Assembly: GCA_016839445.1 (NCBI GenBank)
Contig: JAEOUG010000095.1
Span: 1-13,491 of the forward strand
Source of the DNA: Candidatus Thorarchaeota archaeon
GTDB lineage: Archaea > Asgardarchaeota > Thorarchaeia > Thorarchaeales > Thorarchaeaceae
Length of the DNA stretch: 13,491 bases
Direction of reading: 5' to 3'
Positions 1 through 6,033 of this stretch are shown one piece after another. Below the pieces are notes generated by a model. That model had not been told where the DNA came from, searched no databases, and worked only from the letters and a program-made list of their open reading frames with translations. Within the stretch, counting starts at the first letter, position 1, and every line of letters starts with the position of its first letter. Both the position numbers and the translations under genes were made by a program.

Positions 1-233
1 AGTACCGTACAGAACTTCGGTGGAACCCTAGGCGCCTTTCGTGTATACTCCGTCAGATGCACTCGGCGTCCTGGCTGAATCAGCAACTGGGACGTGCCGC
101 CTCCGGGCTGGTAGACCTTCAGCACAAAGATGTCATCATACTGATAGACGTTCTTGATGAAGGTACCTTCTGCGGCCTCACGTAGCTCTGGGAGTATGAG
201 TCGCAGATCGGTATTGCTCATCGAGTCTTTCAT
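1..233 (-). CDS. rqcH: Ribosome quality control factor RqcH/Rqc2 (NEMF/NFACT family), N-terminal part; runs off the left edge
   Basis: Not in the ORF track. Manual translation from ATG at 233 gives MKDSMSNTDLRLILPELREAAEGTFIKNVYQYDDIFVLKVYQPGGGTSQLLIQPGRRVHLTEYTRKAPRVPPKFCTV. This matches the NFACT-N start pattern (M(S/T)xxDLxxxxxEL...GxxIxNVY...LLIxxGxR(V/I)HLT...PxxFxxxL). An AGGTGA RBS lies just upstream on the minus strand. Confidence 0.9.
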   Translation of the reverse strand, partial: MKDSMSNTDLRLILPELREAAEGTFIKNVYQYDDIFVLKVYQPGGGTSQLLIQPGRRVHLTEYTRKAPRVPPKFCTV

Positions 234-265
234 ATCAGTTCACCTTGTCACACTGACCGACATCA

Positions 266-271
266 TTATAA
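266..271. promoter_or_regulatory. Putative TATA box (palindromic TTATAA) between divergent genes
   Basis: The only AT-rich hexamer in the 80-bp gap between ATG 233(-) and ATG 314(+). It reads the same on both strands. Confidence 0.45.
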
Positions 272-313
272 CGTAGTCGATTGAACTCGCCTGTTGAAGG
301 CCGGTGCGCAAAC

Positions 314-655
314 ATGGACCTTGACCCCTTTGCCAGATTCTTCAATCGCGTGTTTGGAAGGTGGGACGACTCTCCCAATGACCAGCAATACTACGTGAAG
401 ATCTTCTTCGCAATCATAAGCGCATTGATATGCGGTATTGGTGGCCCCTTCTTCGCTGGTACAAGAGGTCTGATGTTCGGCCTGCTTGTGTACGTCCTAA
501 GTCTGTTTGTTATTCGCTTCCTCCTTGAGATTGACCCACAGAAGCTCGGAGGAATGCAGAAGATGGTAACGAATTCACTACCGTCCTACCTCCTCCTCTG
601 GGTGGTGCTCTGGGCGCTGATATGGAACTTCTGGATTCCAGTGTTGTATCCGTAG
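314..655 (+). CDS. Small 3-TM membrane protein, EMC6/Rab5ip-like
   Basis: 113 aa from ATG 314 (the TTG at 281 is less likely). Three hydrophobic segments, and a C-terminal 'NSLPSYLLLWVVLWALIWNF' resembling the EMC6/Rab5ip motif (GLxxY/FxLxWxxxY). Family call is by eye. Confidence 0.6.
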   Translation: MDLDPFARFFNRVFGRWDDSPNDQQYYVKIFFAIISALICGIGGPFFAGTRGLMFGLLVYVLSLFVIRFLLEIDPQKLGGMQKMVTNSLPSYLLLWVVLWALIWNFWIPVLYP

Positions 656-844
656 CAGACTGCATTGCATTGTGAGAATCACAGCTCCCTTCATTTGAGC
701 CTACTCCTCCTCTTCGAGTTTTAGCAGGTTTCTCAATAGATTTCCCGGATATTGCGAATCACACAAACAACCCTTATTACAGCCGCTGAGAGAGTTGACT
801 GTGCGCAGAACCTCCTCCTGACGGGAATGGTGGTAGTTTAGACC

Positions 845-1318
845 ATGGACCAGCTCGATAGAGAACTCATTCGTATACTCCAGAAGGATGCAAAGACACC
901 CTTCACCAAGATAGCCGAGGAGCTGAGTCGACCAGACACGACCATTCACTTCAGAACAAAGAGGCTTGAGGAGAATAACGTGGTTTCCAGGTTCTCTGCC
1001 CTAGTGCGACCTGAAGCGTTTGGTTTCACCATGTGTTCCCTACTGACCATTGAGATCGGGGGTCATATCGTCCCGGAGATCAGCAAGGATAGGACACATA
1101 GCTTTGCCCAAGAGCTATCACAAAGAGACGACTACCTCTGGGTCGCTGTCGATCAGGAGCCCATGCTCATACGTGCACTCTTGATGGGAACTGATGAAGA
1201 GGGAATCGAGAGCGAGATTAGTAGACTCAGGAAAAGCCCTGACGTCGTGAATGTCACAGAGAATCCACTAGGTAAGGTAGTGAAAGGCTGGGAAATCAGC
1301 GGCAACCCTGAAAGGTGA
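845..1318 (+). CDS. Lrp/AsnC family transcriptional regulator
   Basis: N-terminal 'MDQLDRELIRILQKDAKTPFTKIAEELSRPDTTIHFRTKRLEENNVVSRFSALVRPEAFG' is a canonical AsnC HTH plus linker. The C-terminal effector domain is divergent. Confidence 0.92.
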   Translation: MDQLDRELIRILQKDAKTPFTKIAEELSRPDTTIHFRTKRLEENNVVSRFSALVRPEAFGFTMCSLLTIEIGGHIVPEISKDRTHSFAQELSQRDDYLWVAVDQEPMLIRALLMGTDEEGIESEISRLRKSPDVVNVTENPLGKVVKGWEISGNPER

Positions 1319-1330
1319 AGTGAACTGCTC

Positions 1331-2065
1331 ATGACTCGGACCAAGACCGGTATCAGGGGCTTCGACACCCTTGTTGGAGGTGGCTTCATTCCAGGAAGCA
1401 CCATTCTGCTCTCGGGTGGAGTGGGCTCAGGTAAGACCGTGTTTGGCCTCCAATTCCTCTACAACGGGGCCTCGAAGTTCGAAGAGGCTGGAGTCTATGT
1501 CACGGTCGAGGCGAGACCAGATGAACTTAGGCTTGAGGCCCAGCAGTTTGGATGGAATCTGGAGGAGTTTGAGAAGAGTCAGAAGATAGCGATAATCGAT
1601 GCTGCATCGAACAGAGCCGGACTACCCACTTCTGAGAAGTACTCCCTTAGGCGAGGATTTGACATGAGTGCTCTTGCAGAAGAGATCTATCGAGCAGTTG
1701 AGGAGCTAGGAGCAAAACGCTTGGTCATAGACTGCGTATCCGCACTCAGTATGAGGTCTAACGACCCCTCCGAATTGCGAACAGAGCTCTTCCGAATCAG
1801 CTCGCTTCTTCGAGAGCTGAAGGTCACGTCGTTACTGCTCAGCGAGACTGTTTCATCAGATCACCACAGCCGTTCAGGCGTGGAGCAGTTTGTGACGCAG
1901 GGTCTTGTTTCTCTCAACCTCTCAGAGGAGAACGGAAGCCTGAAGCGTGCACTGACTGTGTGGAAGATGCGTCAGACTGAACACAGTCTCAAGACACACC
2001 CCTTCTCGATTACAGACTCGGGCATATCTGTTCCTTCTGTGAGGTCTTCTAGTAAGAAGAACTAG
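1331..2065 (+). CDS. Single-domain KaiC/RAD55-like RecA-superfamily ATPase
   Basis: 'TGIRGFDTLVGGG', Walker A GGVGSGKT, 'GVYVTVE', Walker B 'RLVIDC', Arg finger 'KMR' and 'PFSITDSGI'. An AGGTGA RBS overlaps the lrp stop codon; the gap is 12 bp. Confidence 0.93.
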   Translation: MTRTKTGIRGFDTLVGGGFIPGSTILLSGGVGSGKTVFGLQFLYNGASKFEEAGVYVTVEARPDELRLEAQQFGWNLEEFEKSQKIAIIDAASNRAGLPTSEKYSLRRGFDMSALAEEIYRAVEELGAKRLVIDCVSALSMRSNDPSELRTELFRISSLLRELKVTSLLLSETVSSDHHSRSGVEQFVTQGLVSLNLSEENGSLKRALTVWKMRQTEHSLKTHPFSITDSGISVPSVRSSSKKN

Positions 2066-2547
2066 AAAAGAGCGACAAATTGGACAATCAGGTATGCCAC
2101 GAAGAGCAGAGGAACGAGTGCCACTTGTCTGTGTTCTTTGCTTGGACTCCTTCTCCAGACAATGTAACCCAAGAGAAGCATGACTGCAAGCTCTGCGGCG
2201 GATATGATGAACGCCTCAAGAATCGGCTCTCCCCAGCTCACAAGTTCTAATCCCGGACTGACCAATCCTATGAGAAGTGAGGTCTTGAGGTCTCCCCCGC
2301 CAATCGCTCCCAGTCTGAACAGAGTGTATCCTAAGACTAGAAAGGTCATTGTGGAAGACAGATGCAGCAGCCAGTCTTCCACAAGGTGACCTGTAATAGC
2401 ACCTGCTGCAACTCCTGTGATGGCAAAGACCAGAACGACTCTGTTCGGAATCCTTCTGTATCGAATATCGAGGGCTGCGCACACTCCCAAGATGAAGCAC
2501 ATCAGAGCAATTGATGCGATTGACGTCAGGCCCAAATCAAGTGCCAA
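2062..2547 (-). CDS. A24 family prepilin/prearchaellin peptidase (GxGD aspartic intramembrane protease), compact form
   Basis: Both catalytic motifs are present: 'ALDIRYRRIPN' and 'GAIGGGDLK'. About 5 TM segments. TTG start preceded by GGAGGA. Confidence 0.88.
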   Translation of the reverse strand: MALDLGLTSIASIALMCFILGVCAALDIRYRRIPNRVVLVFAITGVAAGAITGHLVEDWLLHLSSTMTFLVLGYTLFRLGAIGGGDLKTSLLIGLVSPGLELVSWGEPILEAFIISAAELAVMLLLGYIVWRRSPSKEHRQVALVPLLFVAYLIVQFVALF

Positions 2548-2705
2548 GAGACCATCCTCCTCGGGTCTTCAGTAGGTTGAGCAATGACGTATTTAGTCTT
2601 CACCAATTGACGGATAGCAACACAAATTAGGTACTCATCAAGTGGCGGCCGTGTGTGGACTCGGCCTGCCGAATCCTCGAACAAACACGTTCAGAAGATG
2701 GTCAG

Positions 2706-3593
2706 ATGAAAGACCCGCATCAAGTGATTCATGACACAACGGTTCGCTTGCTCAAGAAGGCTGCAACGGAGCTCCCTCAAGACGTTAAGAGGGCATTGAA
2801 GGCAGCTCACGAGAGCGAAACCGATGAGGGTGCGAAGACGCAGCTCTCTGCAATACTGACTAACCTCGAGATTGCTGAAACTGGTGTCCCCATGTGCCAA
2901 GATACTGGCATCATCATCTACTATGTGAAAGCTGGGGCCAAGTTTCCTTTCATTGGTGAAGTCCGAGATGCCCTGACAAAGGCTACCAGAAAGGCAACTG
3001 CGGAGACTCCTCTGCGACCCAACGCTGTGAATCCCATCGTCGGCGGCAACTCAGGCGACAATACTGGAGCAAAGATTCCATGGATTAACTGGGAGATAGT
3101 GGAGGGTGACTCGCTTGAAATTACGGCCTTCCCAAAGGGCGGTGGAAGCGAGAACGTGTCCATCATTGGAATGCTGAAGCCTGGCGTTGGCCTCACCGGT
3201 GTCAAGAAGCTCATTGTGGACAATGCAATGAACTACATGGGAAAGGCATGCGCACCGAACATCATCGGAGTAGGTATTGGAGGAGGCGCAGACATAGCTA
3301 TCAAGATTGCTAAGCAGCAGCTGCTCCGTCCACTCAATGATCAGCACCCAGAGCCAGAAGTAGCTCAGATTGAGAAGGAACTCATGGAGGCTATCAATGC
3401 CACAGGCATTGGTCCGATGGGTCTGGGAGGAAAGACAACAGTGTTGGGCGTGAAGGTTGGATATGCAATGCGCCATCCCGCGAGCCTGCCTGTGGGCGTT
3501 GCTGTCCAATGCTGGGCCGCACGCCAGAGCACTGCGATAATCACTAAGGATCTAGAGGTCACCTACACAACACATCCTACGGAGGGCAACTAG
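2706..3593 (+). CDS. Class I (Fe-S) fumarate hydratase / tartrate dehydratase-type hydro-lyase, alpha subunit
   Basis: Motifs 'PMCQDTG', 'PLRPNAV', 'PKGGGSEN', 'KACAP..GVGIGG', 'GIGPMGLGG' and 'HPASLPV..QCWAAR', supplying three Cys ligands. ATG 2706 is preferred over the GTG at 2655. Fumarase specificity is inferred from the neighbouring fumarate reductase. Confidence 0.92.
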   Translation: MKDPHQVIHDTTVRLLKKAATELPQDVKRALKAAHESETDEGAKTQLSAILTNLEIAETGVPMCQDTGIIIYYVKAGAKFPFIGEVRDALTKATRKATAETPLRPNAVNPIVGGNSGDNTGAKIPWINWEIVEGDSLEITAFPKGGGSENVSIIGMLKPGVGLTGVKKLIVDNAMNYMGKACAPNIIGVGIGGGADIAIKIAKQQLLRPLNDQHPEPEVAQIEKELMEAINATGIGPMGLGGKTTVLGVKVGYAMRHPASLPVGVAVQCWAARQSTAIITKDLEVTYTTHPTEGN

Positions 3594-4202
3594 ATGACTG
3601 AACATCACCTAACAACACCAATCTCCGAAGAGGACGCTAGGAAACTGAAGGTCGGCGATGTAGTCTATGTAACAGGAGAACACGTCTACACTGCACGCGA
3701 CGAAGCCCATGAACGTGCACTGCACATGTTCGAGAAGGGAGAGAAGACTCCCGTAGACTTCGAGGGTAGTGTAGTATACCATGTGGGACCAGTAGCTTGG
3801 CAGAAGGACGGCAAATGGGTGATCGTTTCTGCTGGTCCAACGACAAGTGTTAGGATGGAGCTCTTCGAGGATGAGTTCCTTCGTAAGTACAAGGCACGCA
3901 TCATCGTGGGGAAGGGCGGCATGGGCAAGAAGACCCTTGGTGCCCTCCAAGAAGTGGGTGCAGTCTATTGCAGCTACACTGGTGGGTGTGGTGCACTTGC
4001 AGCCAAGGGTCTGAAGGAAGTCCGCGCGTATGAGTGGCAGGACCTTGGAATGCCCGAGGCGCTCTGGGTCATCACTGCCGAGGAGTTCGGTCCACTTCTT
4101 GTCACAATGGACTCACACGGTGGAAGTCTTCATGATGAGATGGACAAGAAAGTGGCATCCAGGAAATCAGAAGTCTACGCCAAGATTGGCATCAAGGAGT
4201 GA
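3594..4202 (+). CDS. Class I fumarate hydratase, beta subunit
   Basis: 'LKVGDVVYVTG', 'TARDEAH', 'GPTTSVRM', 'GKGGMG', 'DLGMPEA' and 'MDSHG'. Abuts the alpha-subunit stop (TAGATG) with a GGAGG RBS. Confidence 0.93.
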   Translation: MTEHHLTTPISEEDARKLKVGDVVYVTGEHVYTARDEAHERALHMFEKGEKTPVDFEGSVVYHVGPVAWQKDGKWVIVSAGPTTSVRMELFEDEFLRKYKARIIVGKGGMGKKTLGALQEVGAVYCSYTGGCGALAAKGLKEVRAYEWQDLGMPEALWVITAEEFGPLLVTMDSHGGSLHDEMDKKVASRKSEVYAKIGIKE

Positions 4203-4207
4203 ATCCT

Positions 4208-4232
4208 GAGGGGGCTATCCCCCTCCTTCTCT
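4208..4232 (+). terminator. GC-rich hairpin followed by a pyrimidine tract (putative terminator or stability element)
   Basis: GAGGGGG-CTAT-CCCCCTC (4208-4225), 5 nt after the stop codon, then CTTCTCT. Confidence 0.55.
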
Positions 4233-4331
4233 TCCATTGAATCCAGCAGTCCCGCCAGTACAGGAAGTCTTAAACGCCGCTCATTTTCCCGAGGCTCATC
4301 GTCACAGGACACTCTTACTGGAGGACGTCAG

Positions 4332-6020
4332 TTGGAATACAAGACAATCATGTGTGATGTGCTTGTTGTTGGCGCTGGAGGCGCCGGCTGCAGGGCAGCC
4401 ATCGAGGCATCACGACACAATCTGGACGTGATTATGCTCAGCAAAGAACTACTTGGCAAGGCTCACACAGCCATGGCTGAGGGTGGATACAATGTATCCC
4501 TTGGCAATGTTGATCCCGATGATAACCCCGAAACTCACTTCAAAGACACCATCGTGGGCGGGAACTACCTAAACAACCAGAAGCTTGCCAAGGTTCTTGT
4601 TGACAGAGCCCCACAGCACATCTTCGATTTAGAGGACATGGGAGCTGTATTCGACAGGACTCCGGAAGGGAAGATTGCTCAGAGAGTCTTCGGCAAGCAG
4701 AGCTGGAGGCGAACAGCCTATGCGTCAGACAGAACCGGCTCTGAAATCATGGTGACACTGACTGAAGCCATCAGAAAGACTTCTGTCAGGGTGTTCGACG
4801 AAGTGTTCGCCACCAGACTGCTTGTGACGAACGGCAAGATCGCCGGAGTCTGTGCTGTGGACCTGAAGTACGGCGACTATCTCGTATTCCGCGCCAAGTC
4901 TGTCATCATGGCGACAGGAGGAGCTGGAAGGATCTTCAAGGTCACCAGTAATGCCCAGCTCGATGTTGGCGATGGCTACGGCATGGCGTACGAGGCAGGC
5001 TGCGAAATGATTGACATGGAGATGGTTCAGTTCCATCCTACAGGCATGGTCAAACCCGAGTCTGCCAGAGGACGCCTGGTCACAGAGGCAGTCCGAGGCG
5101 AGGGTGGCATTCTGCTCAACAATCAGGGCGAGAGATTCATGCACAGGTACTACCCCGCGGTCATGGAGCTGGCAGGGCGGGACCAAGTGGCTCGATCGAT
5201 AATGACTGAGGTCCTGGAAGGGAGAGGGTCTCCCAGCGGCGGTGCATATCTAAGCATCTCGCATCTTCCAAGGTCAATCATCGAATTCCGACTTGAGAGC
5301 ATGATTGAACAGTTTGAGGATGCTGGTGTAGATATCCGTGATGAACCCATGGAAGTGTCTCCCACGGCCCATCATTTCATGGGCGGCATCAAGATTGACG
5401 AGGACGCAGCAACCAACATTCCCGGGCTTTTTGCATCCGGTGAGTGCACAGGAGGCGTTCACGGCGGCAATCGACTTGGTGGAAACGCGCTCGCTGACAC
5501 GCAGGTCTTCGGAGCAGTTTCAGGTGAGAGCGCGGCAAACTACGCACGTGAGAATCCCCATCTCGGCGTTGACCGCGAGGAGATTACCAAGGAATTCGGT
5601 CGCCTTGAAGCAATGCTAAGCCGAAAGGAGGGTGTATCTCCATCAGACGCGCGCGCAGAACTCACCGAGCTCATGTGGGAAAAGGTGCAGATCTTCAGAA
5701 AGGAAGAAGAGATGCAGGATGCAGTCAATCAGCTACGTCGAATCGAGAAAGAAGTCGTGCCAAAGATCAAGGTCGATGTGCCAGTGAAGAGATTCAACCC
5801 CGGCTGGCATCAAGCCATGGAGTTTGTCCACATGGTTACTACGGCACGAATGGTGGCTGAGGCTGCTGTACTGCGAAAGGGGAGCAGAGGCGCACACTAC
5901 CGAGTGGATGCAGACCCCAATGACAATGGCTACTACAACATCGTAATCAAGAAGGACAAGGATGGCAAGATGGTCCTGCGGAAGGAAGATCTTGTGATTA
6001 CTAGCATCACACCACCGTGA
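4332..6020 (+). CDS. tfrA: Fumarate reductase/succinate dehydrogenase flavoprotein; thiol:fumarate reductase subunit A-like
   Basis: FAD motif GAGGAG, 'AHTAMAEGG', and the dicarboxylate-site motifs QFHPT, TEAVRGEG, RDQVAR, HHFMGG and HGGNRLGGN, plus 'SRGAHYR'. TTG start with GGAGG at 4321-4325. The symbol is assigned from the partner's architecture. Confidence 0.9.
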   Translation: MEYKTIMCDVLVVGAGGAGCRAAIEASRHNLDVIMLSKELLGKAHTAMAEGGYNVSLGNVDPDDNPETHFKDTIVGGNYLNNQKLAKVLVDRAPQHIFDLEDMGAVFDRTPEGKIAQRVFGKQSWRRTAYASDRTGSEIMVTLTEAIRKTSVRVFDEVFATRLLVTNGKIAGVCAVDLKYGDYLVFRAKSVIMATGGAGRIFKVTSNAQLDVGDGYGMAYEAGCEMIDMEMVQFHPTGMVKPESARGRLVTEAVRGEGGILLNNQGERFMHRYYPAVMELAGRDQVARSIMTEVLEGRGSPSGGAYLSISHLPRSIIEFRLESMIEQFEDAGVDIRDEPMEVSPTAHHFMGGIKIDEDAATNIPGLFASGECTGGVHGGNRLGGNALADTQVFGAVSGESAANYARENPHLGVDREEITKEFGRLEAMLSRKEGVSPSDARAELTELMWEKVQIFRKEEEMQDAVNQLRRIEKEVVPKIKVDVPVKRFNPGWHQAMEFVHMVTTARMVAEAAVLRKGSRGAHYRVDADPNDNGYYNIVIKKDKDGKMVLRKEDLVITSITPP

Positions 6021-6033
6021 GGAGGCTACACTG

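Noticed and set aside
671-683. CRP-like half-sites TGTGA/TCACA
   Set aside because: The spacer is 3 nt rather than the 6 nt of CRP sites, and the context is archaeal. Kept only as a generic palindrome.
701-949. Minus-strand 82-aa ORF ending 'NLLRNLLKLEEEE'
   Set aside because: Overlaps the lrp 5' end antisense, and has no RBS or recognisable motif. The protein-like tail is too short to call a gene or remnant.
1331-2065. Circadian clock KaiC or RadA/RadB recombinase
   Set aside because: Single domain with no S/T phosphosite, no kaiB nearby and no RadA N-terminal HhH domain. It fits the generic archaeal KaiC/RAD55 group.
2655-2705. N-terminal extension of fumarase alpha from GTG 2655
   Set aside because: The family-like sequence begins near ATG 2706; the extension looks like translated 5' UTR.
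4200-4232. Possible selenocysteine read-through/SECIS at TGA stops followed by a hairpin
   Set aside because: The fumarase beta, lrp and tfrA proteins are complete at their TGA codons, no Cys-equivalent position is affected, and the hairpin lacks an archaeal SECIS-like GAA/A internal loop.
4237-4431. 64-aa plus-strand ORF in the fumarase-tfrA gap
   Set aside because: Overlaps tfrA out of frame, has a TTG start without an RBS and no motif.
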